Of a DNA stretch of 64,000 nt, positions 35,228-43,484 are shown piece after piece. Position 1 is the stretch's first letter; each line of letters starts with the position of its first letter. The notes beneath the pieces are model-generated. The model ran no database searches and was not told the origin of the DNA. It saw only the letters and a program-made list of their open reading frames with translations. Position numbers and translations under genes: made by a program. The stretch lies in NCBI GenBank assembly GCA_044222185.1, contig JBGANV010000001.1, positions 352,001 through 416,000 of the forward strand, written 5' to 3'. The stretch is from Planctomycetota bacterium. GTDB taxonomy: Bacteria; Planctomycetota; GCA-002687715; CAIWVZ01.

Positions 35228-35752
35228 GTGCACGTCGTCTACTACCCCGATCCGGTGCTTCTGAAGAAAGCCCTTCCGATCCAGACCGTCGATGACGAGG
35301 TCCGGCGGAAGGTCGCCGAAATGAAGCCGCTGATGCAGATCGAGCGCGGGATCGGTCTCGCTGCACCTCAGGTCGGCTGGGGGGCACGACTGATCCTCGT
35401 GAACCCCACGGAGAAGCCCGAAGGCACGTTCGTGCTCATCAATCCGGAGATCACGAAGAAGGCCGGGAGCGAGTGGGGCGAGGAGGGATGTCTCTCGTTC
35501 CCCGGGATCTGGGGCGACGTGCTGCGGGCGAAGAAGGTCTGGGTCAAGGCGCTCGACGTCGACGGCAAGCCCTTGGAGTTGATGGCCGAGGATCTCTTCG
35601 CACGTGTCCTCCAGCATGAGATCGACCATCTGGACGGCATCTTGTTCGTGAACAAGATGCGCCCCGCGGATCAGGCGGTGAACAAGCGCAAGCTGGAGGA
35701 TCTCCGGCGGCGCTTCGAGGAGGCGCGCATCCTGGGTACGCCTGACCCGTGA
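35228..35752 (+). CDS. def: Peptide deformylase
   Basis: GIGLAAPQVG, EGCLSFP, QHEIDHLDG. Confidence 0.95.
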   Translation: MHVVYYPDPVLLKKALPIQTVDDEVRRKVAEMKPLMQIERGIGLAAPQVGWGARLILVNPTEKPEGTFVLINPEITKKAGSEWGEEGCLSFPGIWGDVLRAKKVWVKALDVDGKPLELMAEDLFARVLQHEIDHLDGILFVNKMRPADQAVNKRKLEDLRRRFEEARILGTPDP

Positions 35753-36720
35753 TGCTTCGCCTGAACTCCATCGATGTCGCGAAGAAGGCGGCGCTCGTCC
35801 GCGCGGTCGTGACCTTGGGCGTGTTCGACGGCGTGCACGTGGGACACCGCTACGTCATCGATCAGGTGATCCGCCTCGCACGCGAGCGTCGCGGCACTGC
35901 CGTCGTCGTGACGTTCGCGGAACATCCCAAGGCGATCATCGACAACCGGCGCCCGCAGCTCATCACCTCGCTGCCGCATCGCATCCGGCTGTTCGAGCAA
36001 CTCGGAGTCGATGCGACGCTCGTCCTCCCGTTCGATGCCAAGCTGCGCGCTACTGAAGCGGACGACTTCGCCCGAGAGGTCTTCCACGATGCACTCCACG
36101 CGGAAGTCGTGCTCCTGGGTTTCAACGGGAGGTTTGGGAAGGGCGGTTCGGGTGATTTCGACGCGTTGAAGCGACTGGGCGCGTCGTTGGGTTTCGATGC
36201 ACGCCAGGCCGACGCGATCACGCTCGGGGGCGATCGGGTCTCGTCGACGGAGATCCGCCGCGCGATCCTCGGGGGTGATCTGGACCGGGCTGCCCGCATG
36301 CTCGGGCGGCCGGTGTCGATCCTCGGCACCGTGATCGCCGGCGACGGGCGCGGCAGGACGCTCGGCTGGCCGACCGCCAACCTGGATCTTCACCACGAGG
36401 TGCGCCCGCCACGTGGCGTCTACGGATGCGAGGTCGACTTCGACGGCAGGCGGATCATGGCGCTCTGCAACGTCGGCGTTCGACCGACGTTCGTCGCCTC
36501 CGAGCGCGCCGCTCCGGATCCGCTCGCATGGGAAGTCCGCGATTCGATGGAGCAGATCGAAGTGCACCTTCTGAACTTCAAGGGCGACCTCTACGGCCAC
36601 GACTTGGAGGTGTTCTTCCTCACGCGCCTGCGCGACGAGAAGAAGTTCTCGGGCAAGGACGAACTCGTCCGCCAGCTCGAGGAGGATCGTCGAACGTTCG
36701 AACGTTCACTCGGGCGTTGA
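35749..36720 (+). CDS. ribF: Bifunctional riboflavin kinase/FAD synthetase
   Basis: GVFDGVHVGH, VSSTEIR, GRTLGWPTAN, NVGVRPTF, LRDEKKF. Confidence 0.95.
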   Translation: MMLRLNSIDVAKKAALVRAVVTLGVFDGVHVGHRYVIDQVIRLARERRGTAVVVTFAEHPKAIIDNRRPQLITSLPHRIRLFEQLGVDATLVLPFDAKLRATEADDFAREVFHDALHAEVVLLGFNGRFGKGGSGDFDALKRLGASLGFDARQADAITLGGDRVSSTEIRRAILGGDLDRAARMLGRPVSILGTVIAGDGRGRTLGWPTANLDLHHEVRPPRGVYGCEVDFDGRRIMALCNVGVRPTFVASERAAPDPLAWEVRDSMEQIEVHLLNFKGDLYGHDLEVFFLTRLRDEKKFSGKDELVRQLEEDRRTFERSLGR

Positions 36721-36745
36721 CGCTCCGGAACCTCGCACGTATGAT
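36717..36745 (+). promoter_or_regulatory. Sigma70 promoter for tRNA-Phe
   Basis: TTGACG-17 nt-TATGAT, close to consensus. Confidence 0.75.
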
Positions 36746-36760
36746 CCCGCCCGCTCGTTC

Positions 36761-36833
36761 GGGAAGGTAGCTCAGTTGGTAGAGCACAGCACTGAAAATG
36801 CTGGGGTCACCAGTTCAACCCTGGTCCTTCCCA
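36761..36833 (+). tRNA. tRNA-Phe(GAA)
   Basis: Acceptor stem GGGAAGG/CCTTCCC-A; D arm GCTC/GAGC; anticodon arm CAGCA-CTGAAAA-TGCTG; T arm ACCAG-TTCAACC-CTGGT; CCA not encoded. Confidence 0.95.
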
Positions 36834-36968
36834 CTTTGCCCGCGCTCCAACGACCGGAGCGCCGGGCGCCGCCCGGCCAGACGGCGGGGCCCCGCCCCGC
36901 CTGAAGTTCGCCGGCCGCATCGCTCGCGCGCGAGGGTGTCGCTCCCGACACCCCAAGACGCCCTCCGC

Positions 36969-38885
36969 TCAGTGCCCCAACACGTCGCGGACCCACCCCG
37001 CCTCGCACGCTCGCGACGCGAACGTCACGCAATCGGCATCGGCCGCGGTCTTCAGCTCGTCCCATGCCGTCGATCCTATCGGAGGCACCTCTCCGACGAT
37101 GCGCGCCCCCGGGCGAGTCTGTCCCAACTCTGCCGCCATCGCCGACGCCGCATCGAAGCTCATCTCGCGGAACGTCGGCACGAGGTCCATCAGCTCGAGG
37201 CCCCAGTCTCTCGGGACCTTCACAGCGCTCTCGAGCACGACCGCGATCCGGCGGAGCCCGTCTTCTCCCCGCAGCGCGAGCGCTCGCGTCAGGTAGGAGC
37301 CCGGCCCCGCACGGAGCGCCTCGCGGACCCAGTCCACGACGTCGAGGGGGAAGGGTGACGTGGGCGAGAGCACGACGTCGAGCTTGCAATGTGGATCGAC
37401 GGCGAGCCGCGCCTCGATCGCTCGGCGGATTGCGCCGATGTTGCGGTGCAGTTCCCGGCCGTGCAACCACAGTGCGGAGTGCTGGGAACCCGGGCGACCG
37501 GCCACACGCCAGTCCGCATCGTCGAGACGATCGAGGTCGAGTCGGAAAACGTCCGGTGGGTCGAGCGCCGGGTCCGCCTCCGAAAGGTGCGGTCGCGGCA
37601 TCTCGTCGAGCCGGCGTTCGAGGCGGTCCTCCGCCTCGAAGAGCGACGATCGCAGCGCGCATTCGTCCATCGTCGCCGTCCGGAGGATGCGGTACGGCGG
37701 TGCAGGATCGAAGATGAGTCCTTCGCGCGCAGCGTCGGTCCGCATGGCCGTGCCCGGAAGAACGGCGAGCGGAAAGACCTGGGCTTCGTCCCCGAGACCG
37801 TGCTTGACGAGGAAGTCGATTCCCCGTGAGACGTCGTCGGGCCCGTCTCCCGGGAGGCCGATGATGAGGTCGACGAGGAGGCGGACGCCGCTCTCGTGCA
37901 ACATCTTCGCCGCGGCAGCAACCTTCGCGGCACTGCCGCCCCGTTTCGTTCGCGCGAGCGTCTCCTGGTTGACGGACTGCAGCCCGATCTCGAGCTTCGT
38001 GAAGTTGGCGCGCGCGAGCTTTCCCGCCTGCTCTGGTGTGAGGCCCTCGGCCCGGATCTCGGCGAAGAAACTCATCGATCGGGCGGCGTTGACGTCGATG
38101 ATGAGGTCCAGCAATTCGTCGAACCCGGGTCGATGGTTGAACGTCGGATCGAGGAACACGACTTCGCGTGCGCCGCCGTCACGCAGGGTTCGGAGCAGAT
38201 CGCCGCAACGGGGGAGGTCCAGCACGCGCAGGACGTTGCTACTCCGCGGGTAGAAGCAGAACGTGCAGTGCGAACGACAACCCCGCACGGTCTCGATGTA
38301 GATCGCCCGGTGCGGATCGATGGGGAGGGCCCCGGCAACGTACGGCGACGGATAGGTGGAGATTGGGAATGCGGCCGTGGGTGCCGGACCGAACGGAGAC
38401 GAGACTCCGTTGGATCGCACGGCAACGCCCGCATGCCCGGTGACGTCGCGTCCCGCGATCAACTCGCGCATGACGGAGACGAACGTGTCCTCCGCCTCAC
38501 CGGTGACGGCCACGTCCCAGCCGTCCTGTGCGAGGACGAATGGGTTGTCGGCGCCCACTTCCGGGCCGCCGACGAGGATTCTCGTGCGCGGCGATCGGCG
38601 ACGGATCTCGCGCGCGAGGTGCAGGCTGCGTTCGGTGTTCCAGAGGTAGAGCGAGAGGCCGACGAACTCGGGCTCGCCGCGGGCGACGACCTCGGCGAGG
38701 CTCGCGTCCCCGTGGCGGTCGGTGAGCTCGGGCGAAACGACGTCGATGTCGAGCTGCGAATCCAGGCCGTGAACGCGCGCGGCCACGCCGAGCGCGCCAG
38801 CGGCGAGTGGCACGTTGCCGGTTGCCGACAGAGCCGCGGGCTGCGGTACGGGAAGTTGGACGAGCCTGATGGTGGGGCGCGACAC
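36969..38885 (-). CDS. Cobalamin-binding radical SAM protein
   Basis: N-terminal B12-binding-like region (VGLSLYLWN...ILVGGPE...GEAE), CRSHCTFC (CxxxCxxC), EIGLQS, DLIIGLPGD. Confidence 0.88.
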   Translation of the reverse strand: MSRPTIRLVQLPVPQPAALSATGNVPLAAGALGVAARVHGLDSQLDIDVVSPELTDRHGDASLAEVVARGEPEFVGLSLYLWNTERSLHLAREIRRRSPRTRILVGGPEVGADNPFVLAQDGWDVAVTGEAEDTFVSVMRELIAGRDVTGHAGVAVRSNGVSSPFGPAPTAAFPISTYPSPYVAGALPIDPHRAIYIETVRGCRSHCTFCFYPRSSNVLRVLDLPRCGDLLRTLRDGGAREVVFLDPTFNHRPGFDELLDLIIDVNAARSMSFFAEIRAEGLTPEQAGKLARANFTKLEIGLQSVNQETLARTKRGGSAAKVAAAAKMLHESGVRLLVDLIIGLPGDGPDDVSRGIDFLVKHGLGDEAQVFPLAVLPGTAMRTDAAREGLIFDPAPPYRILRTATMDECALRSSLFEAEDRLERRLDEMPRPHLSEADPALDPPDVFRLDLDRLDDADWRVAGRPGSQHSALWLHGRELHRNIGAIRRAIEARLAVDPHCKLDVVLSPTSPFPLDVVDWVREALRAGPGSYLTRALALRGEDGLRRIAVVLESAVKVPRDWGLELMDLVPTFREMSFDAASAMAAELGQTRPGARIVGEVPPIGSTAWDELKTAADADCVTFASRACEAGWVRDVLGH

Positions 38886-38926
38886 GCCGCGGATTCTACG
38901 CGGCGGCGACCGGGGTCCAGTCCGTC

Positions 38927-39766
38927 TCAGCGGGGCATCACGTCGCCGGGCAGCATCACGCGGAGCCGGACTTCGGGCGCGCGGTAGAGCGGACGCGTGT
39001 CGACGGGGCGCGACTCGGGCTTCGTGACGACGTCGACGAGCACGGCCTGGCTCAGGCCCATGATTTCGATCCGGTCAGGGAAGATCACGGCGGCCGTCTT
39101 CTCGTCGAGTCCGAGCCCGCGTTCGCCGGGATGATCGAGTACGACCGTGATCAGTCGCTGCAGTCGCGACCGCGCGAGGAAGTGCTGGTCGAGGATGAAC
39201 GGTCCCGAGATTCCCAGTCCCTCGGACGTCGGAACGACTCCGGGCGTGAGCGGTTGGTCCGGCTTGCCGCCCTCGATCATCGTCGCCGAGAGGATGGCAC
39301 ACCCGGCTGACGATCCACCAACCACCGCGCCTACCCGGTGGCGCTCGCGGATCACGCCAAGCGCCTTGGTCCCCGCGAGGAGCTTCATGCCGATCGTCTG
39401 ATCGCCGCCCGAGATGTAGAGGCCGCGCGCGGCGCGAAGGGCGTCCAACGACGAATCCGTGTCGACCGTCTCGCGACTGGGCGCCCAGATGCCGAGGTTC
39501 TTCGCGCCGTTGTCACGGAACACTCCGACCATGCCCTCGCCGGGATGTTCACGCGACGTGTTGATGGCCAGGACGAGGATTCGCGCGTCGGCACCGCCCG
39601 ACAGATCGACGAACTTCTTGACGATCGCCGGCACGTCCTTGCCGCCGCCGATGGCGACGACAGGACCAGGGACTGTCGTCGGACGCGACTCCTGCGCGCG
39701 TGCAATCGCGAGGACGAGCGCGGCCGCGACGACTGCGACCGCTGCACGGCGCGGCGCCGAAATCAC
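38927..39766 (-). CDS. Exported cyanophycinase-like S51 serine peptidase
   Basis: AIGGG, SGGDQ, GGSSAG (Ser), DQHF (His), GLDE (Glu); signal peptide ending ARA|QES; GTG overlaps the OPT stop. Confidence 0.85.
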   Translation of the reverse strand: MISAPRRAAVAVVAAALVLAIARAQESRPTTVPGPVVAIGGGKDVPAIVKKFVDLSGGADARILVLAINTSREHPGEGMVGVFRDNGAKNLGIWAPSRETVDTDSSLDALRAARGLYISGGDQTIGMKLLAGTKALGVIRERHRVGAVVGGSSAGCAILSATMIEGGKPDQPLTPGVVPTSEGLGISGPFILDQHFLARSRLQRLITVVLDHPGERGLGLDEKTAAVIFPDRIEIMGLSQAVLVDVVTKPESRPVDTRPLYRAPEVRLRVMLPGDVMPR

Positions 39767-42090
39767 GCCGCCGACGCCGATTTGCGGGCCGTGAGACCGA
39801 CCACGAAGAGAACGGCACCCATGGCAAGGAACGGGAAGCAGGGGAGCCACCAGCTGTCGGCCATGTCACGGAAGATGTAGGGGCCGATGCTACCCAGCGT
39901 CCCCGCGAGCTTTTCGTTTGCTCCAGTGATGATCGCCTCGGCCAGCCCGGCGATCGATCCGCCGGCGATGAGTCCCGACGCGAAGAGCGTCCCCGGGGAG
40001 AACTCGGCGTCCATCCCCGAGACCTTCGTCTTGCGGTCGACGAGCCACCGGATGCAGCCGCCGATGAAGATCGGCGTCGACGTCGAGATCGGCAGGTACA
40101 CGCCGACCGCGAACGGCAACGCCGAGACGCCGACGAGCTCGAGCATCAGGGCGATGAAGACGCCGATGAGCACCAGCGTCCAGGGCAATTCACCGCCGAT
40201 GATCCCGTCTATGATCAGCGCGAAGAGGTGCGCCTTCGGAGCATCGTACTTGTCGACCTGTTGAGCCGCATACACCACCGTCTTCTTGGTGTCGTCGAGG
40301 AGCCACGATTGGCTGCTCAGTTTGGCCACGCGGTAGGTCGTCCCGTCGACCTCGAACTTCTCCGCCTCCGCCGAGGAGGCCTCGAACTGCGCGTACGCCG
40401 GAGCCGATGCTCCCGCGGGCGTGGCCTTGTACTTCTCGACGCCGCATACGCCCGGGTCGATGACGTAGGCGATCTTGCCCGCATCCGTCACGAGGTACTT
40501 GCCGCGCGGGACGTTGTCTTTCTCCTCGGCGCGGTAGTAGACGCGGTAAGTCTTGCCGTCGTGCTCCATCGTCGCGGTGTCCTTCAGCTCCTCCGCCGGG
40601 ACGGTGATCGCGGCGAACTTGGCGGCCTTGGGCGCGATCGTCTGCTTGGACTGGTTGAGGTAGAGAAGCGTGAACCCGATCGCGATGGCGCTGGTGATGA
40701 CGCCGACGAGGATTGCGATCTGCTGCTTCGACGGGGTGCCGCCGACCAGGAACCCGGTCTTCAGGTCCTGGCTGATCGTCCCACCGTTGCTCGCGGCGAC
40801 GCACACCAGAGCTGCGGTCGTGAGCGCCATGGCCTTGTAGCCCACGCCGACCCAGCCCATGAGGACGAAGAGGAGGCATGTCAGGAGCAGCGTCGCGACC
40901 GTCATGCCGGAGATGGGGTTCGACGAGGATCCGATCTCGCCCGTGATGCGGCTCGACACCGTGACGAAGAAGAAGCCGAACAGCACGATCAGGATCGCCG
41001 ACAGGATGTTGATGTGGAGGATCGGAGCCGCGGCGATGGCAACCACCAGCGCCAGGCTGCCGAAGATCACGACCGACATGGGAAGGTCGCGCTCCGTGCG
41101 CTTGGGCGCTGCGTTGGAGCCCTTGCCGAGGTTCCCGAGCCCACGTTGGAAGGCCTGCCAGATCGTCGGCAGGGATCGCGCGAGCGAGATGAACCCACCC
41201 GTCGCGACGGCGCCCGCGCCGATGTACAGGAGGTAGTTGTTGCGGATCGCCCAGGGTGACATGTCCTTCACGAGCTGGGTGACGCCGGGTCCGAGCGGCG
41301 TCGTGAGCGCCGAACCGAAGTGATTGATGAGCGGAACGAGGATGAGGAACGAAAGGACGCCGCCCGCCATCATCACCGCGGAGGTCTGGTATCCGATGAT
41401 GTAGCCGACCCCGAGCATGGGCGCCGTCAGCTCACCGGCCATGGCTCCCTTCGTGAGCGTCTTGCCGGAGACGACGTACGCGGGTTCGTCCCGCCAGAAC
41501 TTGAAGATCTTCGTCAGGATCATGTGCAGGAACCCGACGCCGAAGCCTTGGAACACCGTCTTCGCGTTCGTGCCGCCCTGCTCGCCGACGATGAGCACCT
41601 GCGCGCACGCCGTGCCTTCGGGGTAGACGAGCTTGCCGTGCTCCTTCACGATGAGTCCGTGACGGAGCGGGATCATCATGAGCACGCCGAGCACGCCGCC
41701 GAGGAGCGCGACGAGGAGGATGCGCCCGAGCTCCATGTCGAAGCCCATCAAGAGAAGTGACGGCAGCGTGAATGCGACGCCCGCGGCGATGGATTCACCG
41801 GCCGACCCCGTCGTCTGCACGATGTTGTTGACGAGGACTCGCGGCTCGTTCGACTTGCTGAAGTGCCGAAGGATCGTGATCGAGAGCACGGCGATCGGAA
41901 TCGATGCCGAGACCGTGAGTCCGACCTTGAGCCCGAGGTACACGGATGACGCCGCGAAGATGACGCCGAGGATCGATCCGAGGATCAGCCCCGGCGCCGT
42001 CATCTCGGGGATGTTTCGTTCATCCGAGATGTAGGGTTTGTGTTCCGTGGCCGTAGATGCTGCGGAGGGTGCCGGTGCGCTGTGCGACAT
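39763..42090 (-). CDS. OPT family oligopeptide transporter
   Basis: YLGLKVGLTVSASIP, YPEGTACA, GSSSNPISGM, QDLKTGFLVGGTP, PFAVGVYLP. Confidence 0.93.
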   Translation of the reverse strand: MSHSAPAPSAASTATEHKPYISDERNIPEMTAPGLILGSILGVIFAASSVYLGLKVGLTVSASIPIAVLSITILRHFSKSNEPRVLVNNIVQTTGSAGESIAAGVAFTLPSLLLMGFDMELGRILLVALLGGVLGVLMMIPLRHGLIVKEHGKLVYPEGTACAQVLIVGEQGGTNAKTVFQGFGVGFLHMILTKIFKFWRDEPAYVVSGKTLTKGAMAGELTAPMLGVGYIIGYQTSAVMMAGGVLSFLILVPLINHFGSALTTPLGPGVTQLVKDMSPWAIRNNYLLYIGAGAVATGGFISLARSLPTIWQAFQRGLGNLGKGSNAAPKRTERDLPMSVVIFGSLALVVAIAAAPILHINILSAILIVLFGFFFVTVSSRITGEIGSSSNPISGMTVATLLLTCLLFVLMGWVGVGYKAMALTTAALVCVAASNGGTISQDLKTGFLVGGTPSKQQIAILVGVITSAIAIGFTLLYLNQSKQTIAPKAAKFAAITVPAEELKDTATMEHDGKTYRVYYRAEEKDNVPRGKYLVTDAGKIAYVIDPGVCGVEKYKATPAGASAPAYAQFEASSAEAEKFEVDGTTYRVAKLSSQSWLLDDTKKTVVYAAQQVDKYDAPKAHLFALIIDGIIGGELPWTLVLIGVFIALMLELVGVSALPFAVGVYLPISTSTPIFIGGCIRWLVDRKTKVSGMDAEFSPGTLFASGLIAGGSIAGLAEAIITGANEKLAGTLGSIGPYIFRDMADSWWLPCFPFLAMGAVLFVVGLTARKSASAA

Positions 42091-42265
42091 GCTGGATCCG
42101 TGCAGAGAGGGTTGGTGTTTCCCGACTTCCGATGGAATGGCGGGAGGCTAAGGCTCTCAGCGGACGCGGTCAACAGCGCTTCGGACGAAAACACGGCGCG
42201 GCGCGCACAGTGGGGCTTCAGCGCCAGCGGCGCCGATGTGTAGAGTGACGCCCGAGGTGACGTCG

Positions 42266-42352
42266 ATGCGCAACCGACCCATGCTCCTCTGCTGGATGTG
42301 CTGGCTTCTGCTCGCCGCGGCTGGCGCGCTCGCCGCGGGCGTCACGGGCTGA
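42266..42352 (+). CDS. Candidate 28-aa single-TM small protein
   Basis: SD GAGGTGA 5 nt before ATG; MRNRPMLLCWMCWLLLAAAGALAAGVTG; below the ORF-track cutoff. Confidence 0.4.
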   Translation: MRNRPMLLCWMCWLLLAAAGALAAGVTG

Positions 42353-42365
42353 GAGAGTCTCCGCG

Positions 42366-43292
42366 CTACTGGAAGGTGACCGAGAGGCGGTTCGAGACCT
42401 CCGTCGCCGTGAAGCTCGCATCGGCGGTGATCGCCGCGAAATGGATCGTCAGTCCCGCGAGCGGGGCGTAGCTGGGGATGGAGATCGTCGCGGTCGCCTG
42501 CCCGGCCGCGTTGAGCACGCTGAAGATGTTGGCGAACACCTGCGGGTTCTGGAGTGCGACGTAGGTCAACCCCGTGTTGATGTCGCACTGCAGGTCGAAT
42601 GACCCGCCGAAGTTCACGGTCTGCGTCGACTCGGAGACGGCGATCAAGTAGAGCTCGCCCGGATGCGTGGGAGCGCTGAGCGAGAGCGTCTGCACGGTGC
42701 CGTTGGGCCACGTCGTCGTCGCACTGGACAGGCTCGCCTGGAACATCTGGGCTCGCGCCGTGTAGATGTAGTCGCCGTCGGGCAGGAAGTTCTGGTTGGC
42801 CTGGTTTCCAGCTGCGTAGAACGTCACCGGACCCGGTGAGAGCGTCCCCGGGGCGACCCACGCCATCTGCCAGTTCGACTGGCTGACCCCCGCGAGCGTG
42901 TGCTCGTGGTGGAAGGTGCTCGCAAAGGAGTCCTGGGTGATCCCGGGCTGGATGACCTGCCAGCTGCCTGCCGGGTTGCCTGCGCCATCACGGGCCGTGA
43001 TCTCGAAGCCGTGACGGGGGCTCGTCGATCCCCCGAATCCGACCGTGATCGTGTTCGTCGAGCCGGGCACGACCGTCGTCGGCGCCCAGACGGAGAACGT
43101 GGCCGTGCCGGTGTTGAGGCCGTAGGTCGTATGGCACGTCGTGCAGTTCCCCTCGCCCGGCGCGTCCGTGAAGTACGCGGGCGGGCCGTTGCTCAACGCG
43201 GCCGAGGGGCGCGCGGTGCTCGCCAGGAAGACGCTGACGGAGCCGATGGCGATGAGGGCTGCGAGTGCCTGGCGGGAAAGCGACGTTTTCAT
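42366..43292 (-). CDS. Exported Reeler-like (choice-of-anchor V-like) protein with a CxxCH motif and a C-terminal domain
   Basis: Signal peptide; SNGPPAYFTDAPGEGNCTTCH, GFEITA, WVAP..GPVTFYAAGNQAN..GDYIY; tail LAGLTIHFAA..VSNRLSVTFQ. Confidence 0.8.
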   Translation of the reverse strand: MKTSLSRQALAALIAIGSVSVFLASTARPSAALSNGPPAYFTDAPGEGNCTTCHTTYGLNTGTATFSVWAPTTVVPGSTNTITVGFGGSTSPRHGFEITARDGAGNPAGSWQVIQPGITQDSFASTFHHEHTLAGVSQSNWQMAWVAPGTLSPGPVTFYAAGNQANQNFLPDGDYIYTARAQMFQASLSSATTTWPNGTVQTLSLSAPTHPGELYLIAVSESTQTVNFGGSFDLQCDINTGLTYVALQNPQVFANIFSVLNAAGQATATISIPSYAPLAGLTIHFAAITADASFTATEVSNRLSVTFQ

Positions 43293-43484
43293 GGGTGTTT
43301 TGAGGGGGGAGGTGAGCTCTCTCGGACGCCGCGGAGTCTATCACCGGTGCCCGGCGGGCCCGGTACCGCTGCAAAACCCCCACGACCGCGGCAGTCCTGA
43401 TACGATCCCGCCGGACCAACGGACGACCGGCGGCGATGGACCCAGGGTGGGTCCGGGCGCCCGTGTCGCCACAAGGAGACCGAG

